Numbered from the stretch's first letter, positions 12,361 to 24,437 are shown. The stretch is 64,000 nucleotides of DNA from Ascoidea asiatica JCM 7603 (GCA_001600695.1 BCKQ01000002.1:1610326-1674325); one strand, 5' to 3'. The notes: a model not told the origin generated them from the letters alone. Made by a program: numbers and translations.

Positions 12361-13176
12361 ATGTACTCGATATTTAATAAACCTGTTATTTTGAGATCAT
12401 GTCTTATGAGATATTCTAGTACAGCAACTTCTGGAATAAATGGAGTAGTAAAATCAGTACCTATAAAATCATCAACAATTAAAATTCCAAATCATTCACC
12501 AGAACAAGCAAGATTAAGAAAAAGATTACCAAGTAGACCAGGAATAATTGCAGTTAAAAAAGGAATGGTACCATATTTCAATGAAAATGGTGAAAAATTT
12601 GGATGTACAATTTTAGAATTAGATTCAGTTGAAGTTATTTATCATAAAACTATTGAAAAAGATGGATATTTTGCAGTTCAAATTGGTTATGGTAATCAAA
12701 TACCAAAAAAAATTTCAAGACAAATGTTAGGACATTTTTCAAAAGCTAAAATTTCACCAAAAATGGAAGTTAGTGAATTTCAAATTAAAGATAAAAATGG
12801 ATTAATACCAATTGGTACAGAATTAAAAGCAAATTATTTTAAAATTGGACAATTAGTTGATATTAAATCAATTTCAAAAGGTAAAGGATTTGCAGGAGTT
12901 ATGAAAAGACATAATTTTGGTGGTTTAAGAGCAAGTCATGGTACATCATTAGCTCATAGACATGGTGGATCTTATGGACAAAATCAAACACCTGGTAGAG
13001 TTTTACCAGGTAAAAAAATGCCTGGACATATGGGATGTAAAAATGTTACAACTAGAAATTCTAAAATTATTGAAGTTAATTCTGAAAAAGGTTATATATT
13101 AATTAAAGGACCTGTAAGTGGTGCAAATGGTGCATATATTAAAGTCCAAGATGCACGATCTAAAATTTCAACATAA
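12361..13176 (+). CDS. MRPL9: Mitochondrial ribosomal protein uL3m
   Basis: GIIAVKKGM, SKGKGFAGVMKRHNFGGLRASHGTSLAHRHGGSYG, PGRVLPGKKMPGHMG. Confidence 0.95.
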   Translation: MYSIFNKPVILRSCLMRYSSTATSGINGVVKSVPIKSSTIKIPNHSPEQARLRKRLPSRPGIIAVKKGMVPYFNENGEKFGCTILELDSVEVIYHKTIEKDGYFAVQIGYGNQIPKKISRQMLGHFSKAKISPKMEVSEFQIKDKNGLIPIGTELKANYFKIGQLVDIKSISKGKGFAGVMKRHNFGGLRASHGTSLAHRHGGSYGQNQTPGRVLPGKKMPGHMGCKNVTTRNSKIIEVNSEKGYILIKGPVSGANGAYIKVQDARSKIST

Positions 13177-13344
13177 AAATAGAAATAAAGAAATTTTTAA
13201 TCATTGTATATAAATAAATATAAATATAAATATAAATATAAATATAAATATAGTAATAATAAAAACACGTAAATAAATAAAAAAATAGAAGAGAAAGGAA
13301 ATTTAGACTATAAAGAAGATTTAAAAATTGAAATATAATATTAC

Positions 13345-13456
13345 TTATTTATATTGATCAGGAAGATCTACATATGGAGGAGGAGGACCCTGAGTAGTAG
13401 GTACACCATTATTATTTGAGGTTGAGCCATAATTTTGTTGTTGTTGAATAGGAAGC

Positions 13457-13490
<34 letters not shown>

Positions 13491-13812
13491 GATATCTATA
13501 AGCTTGAGAATCAATATTAGAATCAGTTTGAGTTGAATGAGATTGTTGTTGAGGTAAATTATTAGATTGTTGTTGAGGTAATGGAACTTGAACTAAAACT
13601 GGATAATAAATATTTTCTTCATCTTCTACATAATATGGAGGATATTTTGAAATTATATACCAACTATGTAAAATTCCTGGTAAAATTCCAAGAAAACATA
13701 ATGCAATATTAATTAATAAATCAACTCCACAACCTCTTCTTATTATTACTGTTAATGGTGGAAAAAATAAACTAACAATAACTAAAATACAATCACAACA
13801 AAATCCTGACAT
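13345..13812 (-). CDS. SNA4: Pmp3/Sna-family proteolipid, Sna4-like
   Basis: N-terminal Cys cluster (FCCDC), FFPPLTVIIRRG..LLINIALCFLGILPGILHSWY, and C-terminal PPPY (Rsp5-binding) motif. Confidence 0.7.
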
Positions 13813-13863
13813 TTTCTTTTTATAAATTATTATAATGTAAATGATTCAAAAGTTATTCAAAAG

Positions 13864-13926
13864 TAATATAATATAATATAATATAATATAATATAATATA
13901 ATATAATATAATATAATATAATATAA
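13864..13926 (+). repeat. (TAATA)n pentanucleotide microsatellite
   Basis: About 12 units directly visible. Confidence 0.85.
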
Positions 13927-14142
13927 TGAAATGAAATGAAATGAAAGTGAATTAAAAGAAGGTGAAGAGAATAATAATCTTTTAAATTATCAAAGCTTTT
14001 TTACCACTGTCAGATCAAATCAAAGGTATCGCAGGCCTTAATCAATACTCAACCAGTACTTAACCAGTACTTAACCAGCACTTAACCAGCAAAGGCTCGA
14101 GTGAGAACAGGAAAAGGGATGACGGACGGTTCCCCGGACGGC

Positions 14143-14642
14143 TGTTCAGACGCAGTTGATTCTAGTTCGAACGAAATATCTAATTATTACTAAGAAGATA
14201 TCTAATTCAAATTATAAACAATTGTTAATTAAAATATAAAATATATAAAAATTATATAAAAAAAATTGGGAGGTAAGTGCCCTATTTATATTAGTGGAAA
14301 ATAGGACCGGGTAACCCATCTTAAGAATAAATTTCTAAATTTAGAATGTGACAGTTCACTTCCCATACTTAAGAAATGAAATTAAATAAAGTATTGATCT
14401 AGAAAACACTACGTCATTCTAACAACAAACACAAAGATTCTAGTACATTCGAAATGCACACAAAACTTCGAAGAGGGAATAAATAATGCAGACCCAAAAC
14501 GTTCTCGTAAATTTAACATGTACACGGAAGTTTGGGAACGCAATAGAATGTAGTCGAAGACCAATCTATGCTATCTTAGAAAGTCTAAGAATAGCCTAGA
14601 ATATTCGAAGACAACTCCAATAAAAGAGTAAAATGATTAACA
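14143..14642 (-). repeat. Candidate 3' LTR (~500 bp)
   Basis: Follows the integrase stop (14659) and a purine tract GAGGGG (minus strand, 14651-14656). TGTT...AACA termini; minus-strand TATAAATA at 14283-14290. Boundaries are uncertain because no second copy is present. Confidence 0.45.
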
Positions 14643-14658
14643 ATCAAATACCCCTCGT

Positions 14659-15889
14659 TTACAAATCAAAAGCCCTTAAAAGTTTAGTTAATTTTGATTT
14701 ATCACCATTTCGTAATTTTTGATAATGATTCAAACTTTTTTTAATTAGATGCTTATCATCAGTCAAAACAAAAAATAATCTATTATCCTTTACTTTATTT
14801 TCAATATGAGCACCGTTTAAAGTAGAAAGTTTGTAAACATTATTATCAAAAACTTTTGTCACAATATGTGGACCATTATAATATGGTTCTAATTGGTGTT
14901 GTTTAACTCTTTGTCTTAAAACATAATCACCTACTTCAAAAACTTTAATGACTGCTTTGTCTTCTTGAAGGTTCTTTTTAGTATTTTCAATGTGTCATTT
15001 AAATTTAGAATGCTCCTTTCTTTTTTTATTTAGCTTTTGAATTTGTTAGACTTATAATTGAGTAGTTTCTTGATCTTCGGCATCTATTGTTTCTCTTGCA
15101 TAAGGTTGTATATTATTGCTTGAACTTGAATATACACCAAAAACTAAGAAGTTAGGCGAAAACCCATATTTTGACTTTCTTGACCTGTATTGAATTAATG
15201 CAGCATTGATAAGGAGGTCCCATTCTGGGGAAACATTCAAATGAAATAAAATTTGTTTGAATAAACCATTAAACTTTTCAAATTTACCATTAGTCTCTGG
15301 GTGATATGGAGTGGTTTTGCGACATTTGATTCCTAAGGAATATAATTTCTCAATAACATTATTTGCAACAAAACGATTACCATTATGCATAATTATTTCT
15401 TTCATTTGACCATGGTTAGTGACAATAGTTTGAATTAAATTCAGAACATGTAACAAGCCAGTATCTGGGGTTGCAACAGCATAAGCGTAATCTGTACCAT
15501 AATCAATTGCAGTGATACAAAATTTATTCCCACATGAAGTTTTTTGGAAAGGACCAATATAATCCACCCCCCCCCCATCTTGAGAAGGCTGTTGCAGATG
15601 AAATTGGAGTTAATGTCTTAGAAATAGCTGATGGCTTTTTCATAAGCTGACAATGAGGACAAACTCTAATAACTTCTTGAAATAATAGAATACTATCAGG
15701 ATGAAAGTATTTTTCATTTACCATGTTTTCTAGATTTGCAATGGAACAGTGATCATTTGAAAGATGAACTTTTTCAGAGACATCCTTAAACTTATCTTCA
15801 CTTAAAACTATAGCAAAACGATCTTTAATTCTAGTATGTAGTTGATTATCATAGAAAATAATGTTAGCAAAGATAAATTTACAACTCAT
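14659..15889 (-). pseudogene. Retrotransposon integrase, fragmented
   Basis: HHCC-type zinc finger (H..H..CPHC); DYIGPF, IDYGT, MHNG (second catalytic Asp replaced by His), PYHPETNGKFEKFN; FEVGDYVL...YNGPHIV tail. Frameshift at a C10 run near 15570. Confidence 0.9.
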
Positions 15890-16004
15890 ATTTTTAGGAA
15901 TTTCTTTATCTTAAAAAAATTCTTTCATTCTAATAAGATCGACTTCACACAAATCCTTAATTGATTTGATGGTTTTGATCCGAGTTTCAGTTTCATTAAG
16001 TTCA

Positions 16005-16480
16005 TCAATTTCCATTAATTTGATCAATATGATCTGCTTTATTATGGCTGTAAATAATTATATCATCAAAATAAACCATAACATAAGGTAGGTGGCCTAA
16101 AATTTTTATCATAAATGATTGAAAGGTATAAGTACTATTGGCTAAGCCGAAAGGCATGACATTGAATTGACAATGACCTGAATTGGAAGAAAAAGCAGTT
16201 TTAGCTTTACTATCATTATCTAAAGCAATTTGGTGAAAGCCATTTTTTATATGCAAACAAGTGAAGTATTTAGCACGATTCAGTTTATTAAGGCAAATAT
16301 CAATAGATGGCAAAGGAAAATAATGCCTAACACTATTAGCATTTAATTTCCTATAATCAATGCAAACTCTATAAGTTCTATCATCTTTTGGAACAAGAAC
16401 TAATGGAAAGTTCCAACCACTTTTAGTTTCAGAAATTAATCCAACTTCTAGAGTTGATTTAACAAATTCATCAATGAATT
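16005..16480 (-). pseudogene. Retrotransposon reverse transcriptase, C-terminally truncated
   Basis: WNFPLVLVPKDDRTYRVCIDYRKLN...FPLPSID...GFHQIAL...KTAF...MPFGLANS...YFDDIIIYS. Confidence 0.9.
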
Positions 16481-16754
16481 TTTGTTAAAGAAGACTATGG
16501 TTGTAACTTCCAATATAAATTGGTGTTTCAGAAGTTGGTTCAATAGTGTGTTTAAACAGCCTTTCTGGAGGTAATCTTGGAATTGAATCATTTAAGTAAG
16601 AGTATTTCTTAAGATCAAACACTTGTTCCTCATTTGACTGTGATGTTGAGACATAAAATTTTTCCAATTCATCAACATTTTCTGGACTCAAACTACACTT
16701 TTTATCTTGGTTAAAAAACATAATTGAAAATCTATCACTACCTTTTGCACAAAA

Positions 16755-17018
16755 TTAATGGTCGTAGAGAAATCTACTTCCAATAGTAATATCGAAAGCT
16801 TTTGTTGAACTTTCTGGCAAAACCGCACATTTAATGTCAATTAAACCAAAGTTTTCAATGAATAGTGGTAAAATGACATTATTCTTGACTGTCATTGTCC
16901 CTGTAAAGGCATGGATTATTGTAGGCTTACGCTGTAGAATTTTGATTTCCAAGCCTTTTAAGGATGATTCAAAAACATAGTTGGATTCAGCACCAGTATC
17001 GAAAAGAATTTTTATCAT
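16755..17018 (-). pseudogene. Retrotransposon aspartic protease
   Basis: ILFDTGAESNYV active site; FDITIGSRFL downstream motif. Confidence 0.85.
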
Positions 17019-17115
17019 TTTATCATTTACAGAAGAATTGAAATATCTATTAGGAAACTTTTTGTTATTGGTGTTAATTAATCTAAAATGTTCATCGTCA
17101 GAAAAGGATGCTGAG

Positions 17116-18690
17116 GTCAGTTCCAGCTCTGACTTTCAGATTGGTCTTCCTCCACTCGTTCTTCAGCAATTCTGTAACTAGACTTCTTGTCATATTTGTT
17201 TTTGTATCTAGAATTGGAATTACCTTTTGATTTTTTATTTGCAGCTTGGGTTTCAGCAATTGTTTTGTAGTTTCTATACCAGAAACAAGTCTTTCTGAAA
17301 TGTCCTGGGAGATTACAGAAATCACAAGTTTTGATTGTGGAACGAATTGCATTGAAGTTTTCCTTTGAGTTTGAATCAATAATTGATTCAAGATTATTGA
17401 ACTTATAAATATCATTGTCAATAATAACTTAATTTGAAACAGCTGTAAAAACATCTCTTGAACTGAACAAGTTAAGTAATTTGTTGAACAATTCAATAGT
17501 TGTTTTGGATGGAAATTTGGTTTCCCATTGAATTTGATGAAGAAATTCATTTTTAATTTGAGAAATAATTGTTGATCTCATGAAAGTACTAAAAACAGCA
17601 TTTAAAGGAAGACTTTCATAAGAATTTCTAAATCTTGTAATATAATCAACAACTTTTTTGATTTTCAGAGGGTTTAATTTCTTTGAATTGTTGAATTAAA
17701 GCTCTATAATTTTGATCCGTGGCTATACCTCCCAGAATGAAAGCACAGGCAGCAGGCCATGAAGGGTTTTTTAAACCATTTCTTGAAATGGTTCTAATGA
17801 AATTAATTCATTCTAAATTCATAGATTCTGGAATATAGTTATAAAGATTTATACCCCATAAATCATATCTTAACCTATTCCTTTTGAAGTAAGTTTCAAT
17901 AGATTCTAATTTTAGAATTAATTTTCTACCTTGTCTACCTTTAATAATTAAATTTTGTTTTAATTTTGGTGGTTTTGAAGTACCATCCATACCAATACCA
18001 GAAATATCTCTGTTTATTGTCATACCTGGCCAAAGTAAAACACTTTCAATCTTCGGATTCTCCCAAGCAGCAGAATCAATATTTGTTTCATCAGACTTAA
18101 TTGGATTGAGACCATATCGCCAGTTATTAACCTCTGTCAGTTCAGTGAATATGCTCTGGTTATTCTGTTTGGGTGCTTTAAAACCTTGTGCAAGCTTTTG
18201 AACTTTAGGCGTAGCAGCTGGTATAGTTGGTGATTTAAGAATTTCTTCTTCGATTTTGTCTTCAGCTTCAAAACCTCTAGTATTACCAGGATCATTAGTA
18301 GTATTGACATTTGGGTGAGCAGCAACTCTTTTATTAACTGTAGCATTAGTTTTGCGTGAAGCAAAAGCATTTTTTTTGTTTAATTTGAGCAACTGGATCA
18401 TTCATTGTGGTTGTTTTAGATAAAGAAGATGTAATGGATTTAAGCATATCTTTAATAAACGCTGTATCCGATATTTGATTTTCAATATTAGAGCTTAAAT
18501 CATCAAAATGCTTACTGTAATTAAGGGTATTTGAATCTTGATTTTTAAATCTTTCACTAACGTCAGATCTTAGTTTGTTGATTGATTCACTAACCGGTGT
18601 AATTTGTTTCTATAATTTATTACATGTAACTTCATTTAAGGCAATGTTGTCATTAAATTTCTTGGATAAAGATTTAATAGTTTCAGTCAT
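17116..18690 (-). pseudogene. Retrotransposon gag, fragmented
   Basis: Manual translation starts MTETIKSLSKK (ATG at 18690), has an internal TAG and frameshifts, and contains CDFCNLPGHFRKTC (CX2CX4HX4C) at about 17286-17327. Confidence 0.75.
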
Positions 18691-21388
18691 GATTATATTT
18701 TTTTTAGTTAAAATAGTGTTTATTATTTTTAGTTATGATTTTAAAAAAGTTTTTGGTTTTGGAAATTTTTTTTTTTTTTTTTTTTTTTTAAGTTGAATTT
18801 AATAGAGTATTATAATTAAAAAAAATGGAATAAAAAAAAAAGTATTATCAGTTGAAGTATTAGTAGTATAAATAATTTGAAATAGAAAGTAATATTAAAG
18901 AAAATATATTAGCAGATTCTTTTGTGACTGATGTAATGCGAGACGGCGTGACTAGAGCCAACTTTTCGGGTGGCATTAACATAAAAGATCCGGAACCCCC
19001 GGAACCGCAATCAAAAAAATACTAACAAAAAGTAGGGCAGCCAGTTATCCCTTTAAGAGCCCTGTAGATATCAATTACAAATAAATTGTAGAGAAAAAAA
19101 ATTATTTGAAGCAAGAATTCATTTCAATTGACAAATTAATTTATCCGAGTGGTCTTCATAAAATTTACTTTTTTTTTATGGGGATCTTTTGCAGGCGGGT
19201 AACTCAAGAATTTCTCAGTCAAACAGGTAATATTAAATAGGTTATCCTTTTTGAGAAACATAAGGCTTAAAGCTCAATAAATGAACAAAATCATGAGATT
19301 TAGATTATAAGTAAAAAATTCTATTTGAATGATAGAAACTATTGGAAAAGATGCAAACGATTTAGAAACGACTAGAAAATACGGTCTACATCTCTTAAAG
19401 ATGCTTGCAAGTTAATATGGCAGTACCGCAGTTGGGAACAAGCTAAAGGAAAGTTAAAGGCAGGGTGAAAGCCCGTTATAAAATAAGAGTGACATAGAAA
19501 AATATATTCAATTACTTGTTCAATGCCCTACCGATTTTTTATTACTTTAAATCATTTCTTTAGTTTCAATTATTCAGAAAAAAAGCTCTTCATATGTTTT
19601 GTGGAGTAATGAAGCTTTCTTCACATACAAATCTGATATTAGCATTTGATATTTGGCATATGCGCTCTTGAACTCCAAAAGTGTGGGTCTTTAGCCACGA
19701 TCCCACAGCATGCACCCCCGTTCTTAGTTTTTCCTGGTGGATTTTTTCCGATTCATAATTTACTAAATCTCAACGGTTTTTTTAGCAGAAATAATATCCG
19801 GAGCACGGTTTTATGGAATTTTTTATTTGCAGATACCCAGAATACAATGCCTAAGAGCACGCTACGGAAATCCGGAACTACCCGGAACAAGAGCATAAAA
19901 TATTGGCCCACGTGATACTACTAATAAAAGCACTTCCGGCTGTGATTCCGGAAGAGTAGTCAGTGACTGACTAATGACTGATTGGACCGGTGGGCTGGCG
20001 TGTGTGCAAACAGCCTAGAGAGATGTGCAAATAGCCTGGAAGTGTTTAATTGGGCGAGCTTTTTGTTATATGCCTGAGAATAATATAAATTATGGTAGTA
20101 GCTGGTAACCGGTGCAGTAGTCGCCTGAGTCCGTTGAATCTTGAAGAAATTTGATTTGACTTTAGTTTCTTCTTCAAGGTGATTTGGTTTTGTAGAAGAA
20201 TATTCATTTAATTTTTTTCATTATTGTAAAGTTTTTAGTTAATTATTAAAATAACCAGTTTTTTTAATTTTAGTTTCTAAGAATCTTAATATCAAAAAGA
20301 AAATCTTCATTAATTTGTATTTTTTTCAATCATTTAAATCTTTACTTTACAAAGATTGAAACATACTCAACGTTTTTTTTTATTAGAAATTCTATTAAGA
20401 ATAATTCATCAACAAAAACTTTGATAGATATTATATCTGGAATTAAAATACACTTAAATCCATTTATAAAATACTCTAAATATTATCACAAACTATCATT
20501 ATCACTATCACTATCACTTCAAAGATCACAACTTACTTGAAAAACTCAACATTCACAGATAATTAATAACGAACGTTTAATCTATTAAACTCTTAATCTC
20601 TTAATCTATTAATCCATTAATCTAATTAATTAATTAATCTTGTTAAATATTATTTCGTTACTATAACGCATAATCTTATAATATAAAAACTTTATTAACT
20701 ATTCAATTTGATTCAATCATTATTCCTATAAATTTAATCGTTTTTCTTCAAAGAATAAATATCATAATAATAATAATATATATTTTTTTTTGCCTCTGTT
20801 CAATATTCATTATTAGATTTATTTTATTTTATTTCAATATATTCACTACAGTATTTAAACTCTTATAGACTAAATTATTCATATATAAAATTATTTATAT
20901 CTTTCTAAAATATTTCAACTTTAGAAATTCAAGACTTATTTAATCCTCAAGTTATCCTTCAAGTTAATTTTTTATTCTTTCTTGTATTTTCTATTGTTTT
21001 ATATTTAACTTTAATTTATCATTAAATCAAATATTATAAATATATCTTCACTATTATACAATATAAGTATTGTATTTTATTAGCAATATTCCAATAATCA
21101 AATAATACAACATTAATAATTAAATTATATTCGTCTTAACAATCTCAAACTAATATTATTCTATCTATTAACTATTCTTTTTTAAATTTACTATTCTTTA
21201 TCTTTAAATATTAAATATTCCTTTTCATTAATCAAAATCTCAAATTATATATCTATTCATTATTTATATTACATATTCAATCAACTTATCAAATCCTTTT
21301 AATATCAATTTAATTCAATTTAATTTATTCAAATCAAAACTTATTCAAATAAAACTTATTTAAAAAAATCTATTATAATAATTTCAAA

Positions 21389-23227
21389 ATGTTTAGAATC
21401 GTATCACAAACTGGGTTCTCAACAACCTTAAAATCTCGTGTTGTTCCTCAAGCTACACATTTTGCTTCAAGCACCACTAATTCAACAAGAAATACTTTAA
21501 ATTTAGCTCCAAGAAGAATGAATTCTTCTACTACAATTTCAAACTCAAATTCAAAAGTTGAATTAGCTCCTGTTTCTTCAAATTATTCAAATGGTAGACC
21601 TTACCAAAATAATAATAGAAATTATAATAACCGTAATAATAATAGAAACTCAAGAAATAGAAATTATTCTTATAATCCAAATGATATTCCTCATGGTAAA
21701 GATAACCCATGGTTTCATCAATTAATAGCTTTTGAAGATTGTGTAAGTCAAAGTGCAACTGCTTCAAAATCTGGTTCTCATTATGATCCTTTATTTTGGA
21801 CTGCAATTGGTAAAGCAATGGATTTATATAAAGAATTATCTGGTACTCCTGACTTTAACGCTGAAAGAGTTTCTAAATTAGTTTATCTCTTACATACTGG
21901 TTTAAGACAAAATAGATCTCAAACTTTAAGATTAGATAAAAAACCAGATTTCGATTCAAAATCTTTTCATAAAGATATGAGCGATTTTCTTTGTACTTCT
22001 TTAAGAGAAGTTTCAAGTGATATTATTCAAAATAAAGTCAAAATTAATGAATATGGTGCAATGCATTTAATCACTTCTTTCAAAGAATTAGTTTTATATA
22101 GTGAAGCAATTGAAATCTGGTCTTCCTCAAGAAATTCTGAATCAGGTAATGTATTCTTAGACCCAAGAGTTGTTGGTGTTATATTACCTTTAATGTATGA
22201 AAATGGTAACTCTTTTAGTGAAATTAATCAATTATTTGAAGATTCAAAATCAAAAATTAATTATTATCATCCAAATTTAGCTGTTGGAATGATTAGAACA
22301 TGTCTTTTAGCAAATGAAATTAATAAAGCTTTAGAATTATTTGAAGAATTATGTGCAAATGCTCAAGAAAAAAGATTCGGTTATTTAACTGAAACTCATT
22401 TATCTTTTATTGGTGAATCATTAGATTTAAATGTTGCTAATACATTTTTTGAAAAAGCTTTAAATAATGAAATGCCTTATAAAGTTGATTTACAAGCTCC
22501 ATATATTAAAAAATTCATGTTAAATACTTGGAATCAAACTCATGATTTTGAGCGTGTTTTAAATATTTGGATTAAATGTTGGGGTAATTATGGTGTAAAT
22601 GTTAATAAAGGTGTTTCGTCATCATTAAATGATTTATTTTTAGCTATTTTTTTTGAAAATTATCTGAATGATGCAAATTTGGGTTTTTTGAAATTAAAAG
22701 AAATCATAAGAATTTATAGTAATATTAAACCAGTTGATGAACCTTTCCTTAATATTATCATGACCAAATGTATCTGTTGGGAAGATGCAAATACCATAAA
22801 TAGTATCAATGAAGCATATGATGTTTATGGTGTTGAAAGAACATTAGTTGCTTATAGAGTTTTCTTAAAAGCTTTAGGTCATATCAATGTATCCGAACAG
22901 CATATTCTTCACAAATGGAATGAACTACTTCAATTTTCAGATAATACTGGTGCTACATTCATTCATAATGCTGATTGGGCTGCTTTAAGAGATGCTACAA
23001 TTGCTTCAGCAAAATATTCAAATGAAAGAAATGAAACTTATTGTAAAATTATCAAATTGTATTGTATTTTCTGTAGAGATTTAAGACAATTTAATATGAT
23101 TACAGAAGTCAATGGTTCAAAACATCCTAATATTCTTCCAATCTTACATTCTTTAGATAATTTAGATGTAAGTGATATTTCCGTCCCAAGCTTCAGAAAT
23201 TTCAAGTATTTTACTCATAATTCTTAG
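21389..23227 (+). CDS. RMD9: Mitochondrial PPR-type mRNA-stabilising protein Rmd9
   Basis: PWFHQLIAFEDCVSQ, LFWTAIGKAMDLY, ERVSKLVYLLHTGLR, KKPDFDSKSFHKDM, NEYGAMHLITSFKEL, PRVVGVILPLMYENG. Confidence 0.92.
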   Translation: MFRIVSQTGFSTTLKSRVVPQATHFASSTTNSTRNTLNLAPRRMNSSTTISNSNSKVELAPVSSNYSNGRPYQNNNRNYNNRNNNRNSRNRNYSYNPNDIPHGKDNPWFHQLIAFEDCVSQSATASKSGSHYDPLFWTAIGKAMDLYKELSGTPDFNAERVSKLVYLLHTGLRQNRSQTLRLDKKPDFDSKSFHKDMSDFLCTSLREVSSDIIQNKVKINEYGAMHLITSFKELVLYSEAIEIWSSSRNSESGNVFLDPRVVGVILPLMYENGNSFSEINQLFEDSKSKINYYHPNLAVGMIRTCLLANEINKALELFEELCANAQEKRFGYLTETHLSFIGESLDLNVANTFFEKALNNEMPYKVDLQAPYIKKFMLNTWNQTHDFERVLNIWIKCWGNYGVNVNKGVSSSLNDLFLAIFFENYLNDANLGFLKLKEIIRIYSNIKPVDEPFLNIIMTKCICWEDANTINSINEAYDVYGVERTLVAYRVFLKALGHINVSEQHILHKWNELLQFSDNTGATFIHNADWAALRDATIASAKYSNERNETYCKIIKLYCIFCRDLRQFNMITEVNGSKHPNILPILHSLDNLDVSDISVPSFRNFKYFTHNS

Positions 23228-23638
23228 TCTTTTTTTTTGTTTGCCTGTCTTTGTATTATTTGCCAATATTTCTTTTTCCTTACTTTATTTTAATTTGGTT
23301 TGGTAAATATTCTTTTTAAACCTGTTCAATCTTTTATCGTTTGGTTACATTTATTTATTCATTTTTCATCAAAACTCTCACGTCTCTATTATGATTATGT
23401 CTCCTTTATATTCGTTTTATTTTTAATGATCTATATTTTAAGAATAAAAATCTGCTATCCTTAGATTGTTATTTCTCAACTTACATTCTTATTTTTTCAT
23501 ATTCTACTCTGTTTTTGTTATATTATAGTCATACTACTTACTACATCTATATGAATAATATCTAATTCATTTCAAATAAATAAAAATGCTCTATTCGAGC
23601 ACCAGTTAAATTAATCTAATATATTCTTGATTGAAATT

Positions 23639-23992
23639 TTAGTCAAATATTAAAGGATCGTTATTTCTGGCTTGTAGATTTTTTTCAGCCTCCCTTTTCA
23701 GATGAGTTTGCATTGACATTCTTCTTTGCTGTTCGAGCTTTTTGCTCAACTCCCCTTTTGGCTTATTTTGTTCCATTCTCTCTTCTAGAGCATTAGCCGC
23801 TGCAACTTTTGGGTCAGTTGCTTTTTTTTCAGTATCTCCACCTAATTTTTGACCCTTCAGCTGTGATTTGGTGCTCATTGATAATCTATTCTTTCTGATT
23901 TTAACATTATTTGAAGTTCTAACTTGTCTATTAATTGGAGGATTGACTTTTTCTTCTTTGGAAGAATTTGAAAAGCAAAAACAATTTCCCAT
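23639..23992 (-). CDS. Small N-acylated protein, YGL108C-like
   Basis: MGNCFC myristoylation/palmitoylation-type start; G.KLG...PKVAAANALEER...KGELSKKL...LIFD pattern as in S. cerevisiae Ygl108c. Confidence 0.7.
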   Translation of the reverse strand: MGNCFCFSNSSKEEKVNPPINRQVRTSNNVKIRKNRLSMSTKSQLKGQKLGGDTEKKATDPKVAAANALEERMEQNKPKGELSKKLEQQRRMSMQTHLKREAEKNLQARNNDPLIFD

Positions 23993-24437
23993 AATTTGTT
24001 AGATGTTCAATCAGATATATCCAATAGATTTCCGAATAGGGACAATAATGGTTTTTATTGTTGTTTATCGAGTTGAATTACTCCAAAATAATTAAATCTA
24101 AGGATTATGCTTGCTTTAAAGAGACAATATGAGACTTAGAAAAGGGTTCATATTGATGTTTACTGAGAAGCGCAAATACAGGAAGCGGAATCCTTTTGTT
24201 TTAAATTGTAGAAAGTTCCTTCCTTTAAATAATATTCCTTCTTACTTTTCGTAGCAACTTCTATTTGGAAATAAGCCACTAAAAGAATAACTAGCTTTCA
24301 TTTTCTAAAACTAAAGCATAGTATAATCATTACAATATAAAACTATAAAAATATATAACATATTAAGAGCCATCAATAGTGCTAAAAGTAATATAAATGA
24401 AAATCCTTGTTTCAAGAATATACATATAAATCTATAA

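Larger units (their letters stand above)
14143..18690 (-). mobile_element. Degenerate Ty3/gypsy LTR retrotransposon (5' LTR not found, RNase H deleted)
   Basis: Order on the minus strand is gag (CCHC knuckle), PR (ILFDTGAESNY), RT (CIDYRKLN, MPFGLANS, YFDDIII), IN zinc finger, IN core, GPY/F-like tail. Multiple stops and frameshifts. Confidence 0.9.

Noticed and set aside
17100-17140. Programmed gag-pol frameshift
   Set aside because: The frames overlap by only about 6 codons with no slippery or Ty3-type site; more likely one of the many decay indels.
18938-18960. Possible primer-binding site (TGGCTCTAG..., minus strand) and ACGGC target-site duplication for the gypsy element
   Set aside because: It matches no tRNA 3' end I can identify and has no adjacent LTR; the 5-bp match is not preceded by an LTR terminus.
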